A stretch of DNA of 64,000 nt from Schizochytrium sp. TIO01 (lineage: Eukaryota; Protista; Bigyra: Labyrinthulomycetes): NCBI GenBank assembly GCA_004764695.1, contig SMSO01000037.1, forward strand, positions 782,747 through 846,746, given 5' to 3'. Both the position numbers and the translations under genes were made by a program. Below, piece after piece: positions 12,101 to 23,060 of the stretch. The notes under the pieces are model-generated. The model was given only the letters and a program-made list of their open reading frames with translations. It did not search any database and had not been told where the DNA came from. The stretch's first letter is position 1. Each line of letters begins with the position of its first letter.

Positions 12101-14376
12101 ACTTGAGACAATGGGCGCCCCGAGTTTTCCTGGTTCAAACATTGTTGGACTGATCGAAAGTCTCTTTAACAGCAAATCCCAGCTACTCAAATGGACAGAC
12201 CTAAAAGAGTGGATGCGAAAATCGTCCCATGCGAAAGGAGGATCATCGTTGCCATCGTCCTCCTTATCACCACGATCCTCGTCCAGTTTTAACAATCCGA
12301 AGGTAAGAGGAATTACCTATGTTCTTTGTCGCTGCATTGCCGATGAAGAAGTTGATTTTCGTCGCGAAGGTGCTGTGTCTTCAAAGCGTTCTGAAGATGA
12401 TACTATTGTCTCTGTTCTACGAGGATCAAGCTGGTATGCTGACAAGTCTGTAGCAAGCTTTTCGACGGAAGAGGCATCTAGCTCAGACGCACAAGCAATT
12501 GCAGAACGCTTGGACATCCCCAAGCCCTACCTTGTAGAGATGCCAATGCCGTCCCGGGACGCTCAAGAGAAACCTGCTCTTAAGGTTGTAATTATGAAGC
12601 GCCGAAAGCGACGCCAGGGTGGAACCCCAGATGAAGGAGACAGTTCAAATTCATTGTCGCACATTGGCCAGCTCTTGGAGCCAATTACTCATCTCGAAGT
12701 TTTCGAGGTCATGTATTTTGGATCTGAGCCGCGTTGTGTGCTTACTGGCCTGAACCCTGGAGGCGCATATCAGTTCCGAGTTTTTGCCATTAGTAACCCC
12801 CCAAAGGATGGCGCGGACCTTTCTTTATCGGCCGGAGATGTGTCTCAAAGTACTGTAACGAGTCGCATGAGCGCTGCCTTAGTTGTCAATATGCCCGCTG
12901 TTGCACCTCCGCCTCCTCGGATTGTAAATGGGATTTCAACAGACAGTGTTTTTCTACAGTGGACTAAACCTGATCTTGATATGCTCAATCGCAAGTCTCG
13001 GGCGAAAGAGTCACTTAATGCAAAAAAGGATAATTGGAATCGCGTTGTAGGTGAATGGGCTAAGGACCCAACTTCAGAATCCAAAGGTGGTGTATCCGAC
13101 TCGACACTGCGAAAAACTTTTATGCGCTACGACAAGAATGCTGATGGTACAATGGACGCGGAGGAACTCGCAGAGTTGTTCATGGATCTTGGTTTGCGTG
13201 CCTCAGGACCCTCTTTTGTGGAGGCCTTGAATGATCTTGATGTAAACAAAGACGGTGTAGTTTCGTATACTGAGTTTGCAAACTGGTGGCAGCAATCAGC
13301 AATGAACTTTGTCCTTTTACACAAAGAGCAACCCAGCCAAGATTCTCAAATTGATGCTGCCAAGGCTAGTTGGCATGTTGTCTACCGTGGAACAAAGACA
13401 GAGGCCCAAATTACAGGTTTGGCACCTAACACAAGACACATATTCACGCTTCAGTGTGAGCTTCAACGTGCCATGTCAAGTACCTCCACAGAGGTTCTCG
13501 TTTTTACTGCTCCAGAGACGCCAAGACAACCCGTGGTGATTGAGGCAGGTCCCCGTCACATGCGAGTTAAGTGGTACCCAGGTGTTGGAGGAGCTCATCG
13601 CTACGTGCTTGAGGCAATGCTTATTGAGAGATTACCTTTGGACCAGGCGCCTGCTACAACATCGGGCACCTTACCAAAGTCCAAGAAGCGCGGACCTGTT
13701 CCTGCATCTGAGCGTCAATGGGTGAGCGTTTATGAGGGTAAGGACACGCTTGCCCTAGTTTCAGACCTTGAAAATTTGTGCTGTATATCGATTAAGGGTG
13801 AAAGCCTTAAACTCGGAAAAGATCGAATCTTCACCGTCATTGCCTGCGCAGTTCGCAACAACAACTGCTCGGGACAAGGTTGAGCGTCGGTCATCCCAAG
13901 CAAACGCTGCAAAATATTTCAATATTGAATGCACTGGCGACATTGTTGCAGGTGATACAATTCTGTTTACCGAGCGAGTCTTTGCGTCTCCGAATGAGGA
14001 GTTAGGTACCAAGAAGGGGCGCCGCACTTCAAGGAATCCTTTGCAACGAACAATGTCAGGCGTTTCTCTTTCTCAGCAAAGTGTATCTTCACTTGAAGGA
14101 GGTAGCAATCAAGGATCCCGAGGGGTTTTCCTTTCTGAACGTACCGTAGCTGCACGAATTCAAAGCACTCGCCAAAGAAAATCGAGAGAGCTTATTATGG
14201 AAGTGCTTTGGTCCAGCATGTCCGTCAAATCTGTTCCAGAAAAGTATCATCTAAAAGAGTGCTCTCGTATTACTCGGAGTGAGCACGAGATTTTTAAATT
14301 TGAGACTTTTCGTGCTGCTTGGGCTCAGGAAAATTCACGTTGGAGCTTTCAAGATGAGCTTGAAGCAGTGCAGTAA
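9177..14376 (+). CDS. Large EF-hand / fibronectin type III multidomain protein; one gene split by a +1 frameshift at ~13770-13778
   Basis: EF-hand loops DKDGNNKISRKEF, DKNADGTMDAEEL and DVNKDGVVSYTEF. FN3 signatures LEAGVRYYFRLRAFN and LNPGGAYQFRVFA. The last FN3 starts in ORF 9177..13883 (WVSVYEGKDTLALVSDLE) and is completed in ORF 13768..14376 (CAVYRLRVKALN...SSPS). Confidence 0.85.
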
Positions 14377-15131
14377 TGACTAATGCTGCTGCAGAAGGAA
14401 AGAGAAAACTAAACGCAAAAATTATGTTATATTATTTTTTGTTGTGATTTTTAGTCCTAATGTCTATAAGTCTAATCTTTGTTTTTATTTTATCTTGCAT
14501 AAACAGGATTAAACACGTTTAAACTGTTTTCAGCGTACCTTACTTACTAAGGATGTACGAATCAACGAAATGAATGTCCGGCAACAATTCCTAGATCCAA
14601 TTTTTTCATTTCAGACTTTCTTTAAGAGGATGAAGATCAAATATTAATAAATGTGGGTCTATATAAGTTATCATGTCAAATTGAAAGATGGTTTTTTGTT
14701 TTTTTGTTTTTATTAAATATGAATTTCTTGTTGTTCATAGCATCATTTTTTTTTTTAAACAGCAGAAGGGAAGGCGTTGCTACCCTGTATTGCAAGCCTT
14801 CGAAAGGTCTTCTCAGCATATATGTTCCATGATACTGATTAACTCGGGACCTGCAGTGGTAGCCCACACCACCTGGTGGGCAGATACTTCAGTCGTTTTT
14901 CCTTTAATCATCATCAACGGAAACCTCTCATTTGACTAATAAGTACACACATTTTCTCAATAGAACAGTAGCATGGGTCGTCACCATGAATTGAGGATAA
15001 TGGTTCTGCTTAATTGTGTCATGAATGATAGATTGTCACAAGGCTCGAAGGAGCGAAAAACAATGCATGTATCTGCAGCTCGTTGTTAAAACACGTGGCG
15101 AAGAGTTTCCGAACCGAGGTTGTCCGGGACG

Positions 15132-16340
15132 ATGAGCTCACTACAAATTGACGTACCTGAGTGTACTCGTGATGGCGTGCTTAAGAAATCTTGGAAATAT
15201 TATCGCAGAACAGGTGCAATCTGGACGGACCCATACCATATGCCAGTAGAGCAACGCCGCTTTTCTGAACGTCCAGATCTCGATGCTAAGTACGAGGAGC
15301 ATTTACGGAAAACCAAGAACCAGGAAGATGCTAAAGAGCGGAAACGTAAGGAGGAGATCAAGCTTCGCAACAAGAAAATCAGAACACGACTTCACTTGCG
15401 ACAAGCGGAGAACGCATCAAAGTATGGCTGGCCTGAAATTCAGCATGCTAATGAAATTGAGCATAAGCGAGCAGCAAAAGCTCGTGCGACGGTGGAAAGT
15501 AAAATGGAGCGTCGCCATACACATGTTCATAAACTGAAATCCCACGACTTCTACCGTCGAGAAGGTTTTTTATGGAGCGATATGACGCATGTGCCTCATG
15601 ATCGTTTGCACCTTGTTCTTGATCACCGCATTGTAGAAAAGGATAAGCTTGCTCTTGAGCTTATCGATAAACGTCTTGAAGAGGAAAACTTAAGGCAATT
15701 TGAGCGAGCGCAGTCTGCGCAGGGTAGAGCTGACAAGATTCGGCGCGAATTTCGGGCTCAGCTGGTAGCGAATGATAGACGAGCTACACATATTGGCCTA
15801 CGCTGCCCACAGCGTACCGTAATGGATATCCCGCCAGGTCACGTTAAGGATCAGAACCGAGTCGTGCCTCGACTCCTGAGTCGCTCTCAAAAAGGTGCTC
15901 TGGTTTCAGATAAGAGCGGACTATTACATATTGACCATGCTGCCTCGCAGCGTCTGGAGCACTTTCGATCGATGATGTCAATTTCAACCAATCAGAAACA
16001 ACGTCCCCAATCGGCAAGCGAAATCCGACCAAGGGCCCACTCTGTGCCAGGGAATGCAGAAGAAAGTGTCCTGACAAGCAGGCGTGTAATGTTTGCCTCG
16101 ATTGCGTCATTGGCAAGTGGAGATGACTCCATAGGATTTGGGGAGGAGGAGGGAGATCAAGAGATTGCCGCACCGTCTTCTGCTCGGTCAAGTTCTGCGT
16201 CAACTGTACCGGCATGCATATGCGTATCCCTGTCAGATCCGGAAGTGGTCTTGCAGGAGCTGGACGAGTTTGAAGCAAGGCTAGAGATCCTTGAGGAAGA
16301 AGAGAAACATAAAACGGGGAAACCTTTTTGGATGATGTAA
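15132..16340 (+). CDS. Hypothetical basic/coiled-coil protein with a duplicated YRRxGxxW[ST]DxxH[MV]P motif
   Basis: 402-codon ORF from ATG 15132. Internal repeat YYRRTGAIWTDPYHMP / FYRREGFLWSDMTHVP. Confidence 0.8.
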   Translation: MSSLQIDVPECTRDGVLKKSWKYYRRTGAIWTDPYHMPVEQRRFSERPDLDAKYEEHLRKTKNQEDAKERKRKEEIKLRNKKIRTRLHLRQAENASKYGWPEIQHANEIEHKRAAKARATVESKMERRHTHVHKLKSHDFYRREGFLWSDMTHVPHDRLHLVLDHRIVEKDKLALELIDKRLEEENLRQFERAQSAQGRADKIRREFRAQLVANDRRATHIGLRCPQRTVMDIPPGHVKDQNRVVPRLLSRSQKGALVSDKSGLLHIDHAASQRLEHFRSMMSISTNQKQRPQSASEIRPRAHSVPGNAEESVLTSRRVMFASIASLASGDDSIGFGEEEGDQEIAAPSSARSSSASTVPACICVSLSDPEVVLQELDEFEARLEILEEEEKHKTGKPFWMM

Positions 16341-16552
16341 AGTAGATTTCAGAAACGATAAAGCAAACATAATGCGAGCGTTCTGATGCAGCACTCTTTC
16401 GCGCCTTGGATACGAGAAGAACGCCAAGTCGCCTTGTCGTCAAAGCGATTCATTTTTTGGATAGGGGTGTAATGAGCGAGACCCGGCAGACATAGTTGCC
16501 ACCACTTGGGCACCGCCGAATCTTGTATAAGGAGAGAGAAGGAGTGATTAAC

Positions 16553-16909
16553 TTAGGCACCGTGGACGACGATGTGGGACTTGTCAATAATCTCCTCGTC
16601 AACGAGGAACTTGACGACACCCTGACGGTGGTCACCTTGCAACTGAATAATCTCACCAAAGTCATCATCGTTAACAACGGCACCGTTGCACTTGAAGGAC
16701 TTCTTCAAGGCCTTGCAGATGCGCTTCAAGTCAAGGTCGTCAGCGAGACCGGTAATAGTGAGAATACACTTCCGTCGGCTACGCTGCTGGAGACGAATGT
16801 GGACCTTCTCAACGTTCTGGGTACCACCCTGTGCCTCCGCGAAGGCATCACGCTTGTCCAAGTTGGACACATCAAAGTTCATAAAGTCTTCATTGTCGTC
16901 ACCCGACAT
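16553..16909 (-). CDS. SUI1: Translation initiation factor eIF1 (SUI1)
   Basis: VHIRLQQRSRRKCILTITGL...LKKSFKCNGAVV...IIQLQGDHR...IVVHG. Start chosen at CAAG-ATG 16909; other in-frame ATGs lie at 16948 and 16882. Confidence 0.95.
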   Translation of the reverse strand: MSGDDNEDFMNFDVSNLDKRDAFAEAQGGTQNVEKVHIRLQQRSRRKCILTITGLADDLDLKRICKALKKSFKCNGAVVNDDDFGEIIQLQGDHRQGVVKFLVDEEIIDKSHIVVHGA

Positions 16910-17406
16910 CTTGGCTGGTGTTTTATAGCTCGGAAGGAAACTGTGCATGCAAACGAATTAAGGATTTACCCACCACAAAATAAACAAACACAGTTGAGAA
17001 GAAATCGGTATAAGGCGCACGATATCAGAGAGAGGTTACCCAGAAATTTGAAGCCCGGTATTGTGGATATATTAAGTGAGAGAAGGCGAGAGTTTGAATA
17101 AGTATAAGAATTATGATAACCATGTTCCGGAAGTGAGTCCGAATCCAATGCCCGCATTTTCCAGTGTGTATAAGTTATCCATTCGCGTAGCAAAGCGAGC
17201 CACCGCAGAGTAGTATCAAATGTGCAGCAGATTAAGAGTGTAGCAATTAAGTCCGTAAGTCAGTCAGTTAGTTAGTTGGCCATTTTCAAAATATAAATCG
17301 CAAATCCTGCATCCGAATTCGCCCCAATACAATGTTTTTTCGTCGGCCTCCTCCCTCTTCGTGTCCTTGCTCGAAACTCCAAACAGAAATTACTAGGCTT
17401 AATCCC

Positions 17407-17464
17407 CATCTCCGAAGGATAGTCAGAAGGAAAGTCATCTCCGAAGGATAGTCAGAAGGAAAGT
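17407..17464. repeat. 29-bp exact tandem duplication (CATCTCCGAAGGATAGTCAGAAGGAAAGT x2)
   Basis: Identical units at 17407-17435 and 17436-17464. Confidence 0.95.
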
Positions 17465-18390
17465 CCCGATGTCATATTGATATCGACAGCAACAAGATAA
17501 TAAGAAACAATATACATAACGCGAAGAGCGCCAAGACACCAAAGAAGAAGATAAAGACCAGACCGAAGGAGCAGCGGAAGCTATGCTGAGAAGCACCGAG
17601 AGCAGCCTGCGACCACCATGATCAAAGCATAGGACTGCCAAAAGAGCAACCTGAGAGTGACGAAGAGGATGAAGAAAATGAGAAAGTTAAGGCACCGAAA
17701 GAGAGGCGCAGGCTGGCCGCTCGATTGGTCAACCTATCGGCCGCAACCACGAGCGGCGGTACAGATTCAAGGGCGAGTGCGACGAAGCAGTGCGGTCCTC
17801 TCCATTATAGAGCGGCGAGACGACGTACCTGAGCAGTGGCGACGCTGGCGGGAGAGTGGTTGAGTGAATATGTATGTACGTATGGATGTTGTAGGGCTCT
17901 GCGTTGGTTGAGACGCCTCCAAGCCGTCGATCGAGACTCCCAGAGTAACCCCCACTAAGGCCTTTTTTTAGGCCTTTATTAGATAAAATGGGTTGCGCAG
18001 GATCGCGAGAGTGGGACTCGGACATTGCAGGCTGGACTTTGGTCACATGATGCTACATAAAGGCCATTATGAATTATGGTTGTATATTTTAATTAATTTT
18101 TTTGAAGTATATGCATGTGTTTAATTTGATCAGATAGTGCAAAGTGGAAGATACGACAAGGCTTGCTTCTGTAAATTATGGGCAATCTGACATGATTTTG
18201 ACCATCGTGTCAAGGAGCTGGAACATAACTGCCCTCACTTGTTTAACACTCTTTCTTTCTTTATAGTTTATGATTAAATACGTGTGACGGGTTTTAAAGA
18301 AAATCCAACCAAAGGGGTAAACGGTATTCGAAAAAAGCTAGTGATTAAAATATTAAGTTGTTAGAGGTACACAGGAGGATACCATAATCT

Positions 18391-19530
18391 TTACTCGTCA
18401 TCATCTTCATCATCGTCGCTATCATCATCACCACGGTGCTTGGATGCCTTAGTGTTAACATCATCCTTAAGCTCTTCAGTGTTTAAGACAAGGGCATTTT
18501 CGAAGTTGGGCTCGATCACCGCAAGCTCAGGTGGAAGGTCAAAGTTCGGAAGGTTGTTACGGAGACTTTCAATGGCTTTGTAAACCTCCATCATAAATTC
18601 CTCAGTGGGTCGGCCATCAGATTCAATAGGCTCACCAAAGGAGACATGGATTTCTGCCTTGTTGAGAAGAAGTGAGCCATTGCTTTTGGAGTCGCTGAAA
18701 GTACTAGGCCATCCGTTTTGGTTGCCCCACATGGCAACGGGGACAATGGGTACGTTGCATTCTTCTGCAAGCTTGAAAAACCCCTTCTTGAAAGGTTTAA
18801 GCTCGCCGGTTTTGCTAATGGAACCCTCTGGGAAGACAGTGAGACTAACATCCATTTCCAGGTAGTCACGAGCCTGTTCCATAAGCTGTTCCAGATTGCC
18901 ATCCGCAGTGCGCCAGCGATTGAGCTTTTTGTCTTTGACAAAGTGCACTGCCATGTCACCAGAAAAGCCAAGTGTTTTGCCAGCGATGGGAATGTCCCAA
19001 AGGTCGCCCTTGGCAACATATTTGCTCTCTACAGGTCGCTGCGCTGCAGACAGAACAAAGGCATCAATGAAGGAAAGGTGGTTTGACATAAAAATGACTG
19101 CAGGCGGGAGCTTTTCAAGTGGCATCTCCGTGTGGACAGTAACATTCCAGAACGGGTTGAGGTCAATCACAGCAATTGCCATAGAGCGCCGAAGGGCCTT
19201 GCCCATGATGAGCGTTCTATCGCGTGTAGAGAGACGATCTTTACGGTCTCTGGATTCATCAACTTTGTTGAGCACCGTTTGGATGGTATAGATGAAGAGA
19301 AAAGCAAAGACAATTCCAGAAAAGATCCACACACTGATCAAGGCACGGCCCATAGGCTCGGTGAACTTGGAGATGTCAGGTAGGTCATCTGTAATGCTGC
19401 TTTCTGAGCGAGATTTGCTACTCCGCTTTGAGCTGCGTCTCTTTGAAGACCTTTTGCTGGACCTCTTCGAAGACTCTTCAGCCATGCCGAAGGTTTCCAT
19501 GATCTGAGTCATCCATGCAGGCTCAGACAT
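18391..19530 (-). CDS. 1-acyl-sn-glycerol-3-phosphate acyltransferase (LPAAT/PlsC family)
   Basis: Catalytic NHLSFID (HX4D), YVAK, VFPEGS and PFKKGFF..A...VPIVPV, plus one N-terminal transmembrane helix. Confidence 0.92.
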   Translation of the reverse strand: MSEPAWMTQIMETFGMAEESSKRSSKRSSKRRSSKRSSKSRSESSITDDLPDISKFTEPMGRALISVWIFSGIVFAFLFIYTIQTVLNKVDESRDRKDRLSTRDRTLIMGKALRRSMAIAVIDLNPFWNVTVHTEMPLEKLPPAVIFMSNHLSFIDAFVLSAAQRPVESKYVAKGDLWDIPIAGKTLGFSGDMAVHFVKDKKLNRWRTADGNLEQLMEQARDYLEMDVSLTVFPEGSISKTGELKPFKKGFFKLAEECNVPIVPVAMWGNQNGWPSTFSDSKSNGSLLLNKAEIHVSFGEPIESDGRPTEEFMMEVYKAIESLRNNLPNFDLPPELAVIEPNFENALVLNTEELKDDVNTKASKHRGDDDSDDDEDDDE

Positions 19531-22014
19531 TTTCTCTCTTGAATCTATACAGCAGGGGCTTCAGAAATTGGTAAGGATCCTATCCTCGAGCTGTGCTATT
19601 GTTGTGTTCAAAGACGGAGTTATTCGTGCTTTGTGCCAAGAGAAGTATTGAGGAATGCGCGGAGTTCTACCCTTCTGTGGGTAGCTTTTTGTTTTGCGCC
19701 TTTAGAGAGAAAGCTCCTGCTCGGCACACAGAAGCTCGATGCAAAAAATGGCTTCCGGCGCAGAGCCTTGGCAATTCAGGTTCTGTTGCGAAAGAGCAAG
19801 CTCCCCTTCGTCAACAAGGTTGGAGAATATACCGCCTGCAAGTAAAGCCTCGCTGAAGGACTTCTTGACAACTCTGTAACTTTTTACTTGGGAGAAAGTC
19901 TAATACCACCCTAGTACTCTCTATAGGTGGGGAAAGGTACCTAGGTAGGTAAAAAAGAAGTGCACAATGTAATGTGATTCAACTTTCTATTAATTCTTGT
20001 GAGCTACGAAATAAAAAGGTGCTGGCTATGGTCTCTTAAGGTTTGGGTTAGAAGGACTGTGGCGAGCTGCGTACACTAAGTCGTGAATGAATATAAGCTA
20101 GTAGCACTGGTAATGAGCTTGAAGACACACCCACTTGCAACACGTGCACGGCAGCATCTTCCATCATGACAATGCCTGGGCCATCGAGTGGAATTTCCTG
20201 TCATAACACAGCTCAAAAGAAGTTGCACGACGCCAGTTTGGGCGAGTAGGAGCAGTAAATTTCGCTCATTGGTAGAGTTAGTCACTTGCTTTGGGATTTG
20301 ACGTTGTTTTTCAGTAATGTCGCTAGAATAGCTTCGAATTTCATACCTGACGACCGCTCGGATTCTGAATTTAATCGCAGTTAGTCCAAGCGACTCGTAG
20401 TTTAACCTCGTGTGTACGGCGAGTCTTCGGAATTACCTGCTCCTATACCACTGCAGTACCTGCTTCAGGATATTTATGATTGCTGTGATGATCTTGATTC
20501 ACGATTGTGGTCAAATGAACTAGTCATCATAAAGCTCCTAAAGAACAGTGTGCACTTGCGCAGGGGAAGGTACGAAAACCCTCTTTCTCACTTGAAATTG
20601 AAGTACTTTCCTTCAGCCTGTCAAAAGTTTCACCAGTCTCATGAAAACCATTTAAAGCAGCCTGTCTGGCCAGCTACGCTCACCGCGACCTTGGGGCTGA
20701 TGGCAATTTAACCTTGCTGCTTCATGGTTGTGGTGATGTGTGATCCTGGATTTTCATAGTCAAAAGTACTTAGGAAGTGCGACCTCTATAAATTAGAACA
20801 TCTGTACCTGACAAGTCTTACAAGGATCACATTGGACCACATCTGCTACAACATCTTTTCCAATATTTCATAGTTTGCATTTGAGTGAATGACAAGAAGG
20901 GTGATTCTTCGACAATCATTCGCGAAGCACAGCCACCCCTATTGCATCAAAATAGGTATTGCAAAAAACCACGTTCTTGCAACTACTTTTGGAGTTATTC
21001 TGCGCAGATAGTGGTGTCTCCTACAAGTAAAATGGGGTTATAGATTCTCTCCTCAGCGTCAAGGGCGGGTCTCGGTCAACCGATTCTGAGTAAATACATC
21101 TAGGATGTCTTTGTGCGCATAACGAATTCACTTGAAGGCCATCTTGTTCGTGGTGGATGATGTAGATGCGGTTTCGAAAAATTGTCATCCAACTCTGCAC
21201 AGACTTTACTACAAGTGAAAGGCCTTGAACACGGCGCTGCTTTTCGTCGTTGCTTCATAAATTTAATGAAGTCAAAGCTCTGATGCCTACTTATATAGAT
21301 AACCACCTCGGATAGAATTGCTTTTAATTATTGTGCAGTGTCGGAATATCTCTTGCTAGATTTGCTACGATTCTCTATTCCGTAGCGGCGTGATTCTTAG
21401 CAATAGCTCTACAAGTGTTTTCGATACTGTCAGGTTGTTCATAATGTTTTATACTGAAGCCAAGTTTGTGATTTGTGGGAGAGCATCTTCAAAAGTACCC
21501 CATGGGCAAATGCAAAGGTATCGTTTTAAACAACTACACAAATATCGTAACATTCATCTCCCACTTGCCGCAAATTACGCTATTGTGTTCTTCACTTGAG
21601 TAAACCAGATTCTCAATTCTGTACATTATACACCAACAGCACAACAATGTATTTGATGTAAACCGAATCACTCTAACACCTAAGAAAGAGGTAAAAACCT
21701 ACAAGAGTAGAACAGACAAGATTTCTCTTCAATCCTCTCCAGCCTCAACGAGAACTCCCCAACCTATGCCAATATCACAAGTCAACTTAATTTCAACAGC
21801 TTAACCTCAAGTTCTCCTCCAGAGCTAGAAAGCCTCATGTCTTTTCACACCACATTATTTTCAAGACTTTTCTCTCCACACGCTCTCCATTGGCAACGTG
21901 CATTTTCATTTGATGTCTCCACACGCAGTGGGTTGGCACCATCGTAGTCGTGTCTCGTCTTTCGCCGTAAGAACTGATTTTCTGCAATTCCGCGGAACCC
22001 AGAAATATCATTGA

Positions 22015-22065
22015 TTCCTTCCTTCCTTTCTTTCTCTCTTTCTTTCTTTCTTTCTTTCTTTCTTT
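22015..22065. repeat. (CTTT)n-type microsatellite
   Basis: Pyrimidine tract of TTCC/CTTT units. Confidence 0.9.
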
Positions 22066-22784
22066 TGCTTCTTCATCTCCACCAGTCGTTTTCCCGTCTG
22101 AAAACCCTCTCTGTCTTTTCCTATGCGTACTAAAATCAGGTAGTTCCTACCACATTATATATAACTGCTACAGTGATCGCCCGCCTCGCTGCGCGTCTTT
22201 TAAATAGTTTTAATAGTTTCAAGAACCCGCGTGCGTGCAGTGCCTCCTACCTAAAACAATAAGGGGGGCACAGGGGAAGAAGGCCTTTCAATGCTCTCGC
22301 TCAACAGATAGCCTCCCTACTACGCTTAACTCTAGCACCTCCTTTCTCATTGTCTTCTTTTCCAGTGACTGTTCTTCTCTTTTCATTGTTTATCAAACTT
22401 TTACAATGAAAAATGAACTTTGTTTTCATGGCACATCATCAAAAGAAGCGAATGACAAAAACCGCGACTTCAGTCCTTCGTCGCGGCTCTCTCTGCCTGG
22501 GCCTGAACCTGAGCCTGAGCCTGAGCTAGCTCTGCCTGAACATGCGAGTGGCAGTCCGCGCTTTATCTGCGGCAGCCTTCATCAAACTCCCTCGTGTTCT
22601 GGCACTCCAGGAATAATAATTGAGCGCAGAACCAGTAAGTGGTGCCTAGGAGTTCCTACCCCGAGTCTGTCTGTGAATAAGCAGAGAGAGGCGATTGGTG
22701 GAGAGAGAACCAGACTTCTTTAAGTTCAATTGGTGTCTAGTGCACCTTAGGCTTTACTTAGCGAAAAGGAGAAAGCAGAAAAAG

Positions 22785-22786
22785 GA

Positions 22787-22828
<42 letters not shown>
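22785..22828. repeat. (GAAA)n microsatellite
   Basis: About 11 consecutive GAAA units ~230 bp upstream of the NOG2 ATG. Confidence 0.95.
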
Positions 22829-22829
<1 letters not shown>

Positions 22830-23060
22830 CAAAGTAATCTGGCACTGGACCTAAATCGCATTGGCGGCGCCGACCAGCGAGCGCCACCGAGCAGACTTTC
22901 TGCTCGCTCGCTCCCGGCGCATCTAGAGTGCGTGCGTGTGTGCGAATTGCGTGTGCTTGCCTTGCTGCGCGAGCCCTACTCTACTCTACTCTACTCGTCT
23001 CGTCTCGTCTCGTCGCGTCGACGTTGCTTAGGTTAGTCGCAAGTCAAGCCATCGTCCAAG

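Noticed and set aside
16496-17101. 201-aa + strand ORF antisense to eIF1
   Set aside because: TTG start, no recognisable motifs, and explained by codon-biased antisense openness.
20900-21330. Minus-strand fragments (HHEQDG, ITPFYL, GGCATCAGAGC) faintly resembling copia integrase motifs and a primer-binding site
   Set aside because: The matches are too short, the spacing is inconsistent with a retroelement layout, and no LTRs were found.
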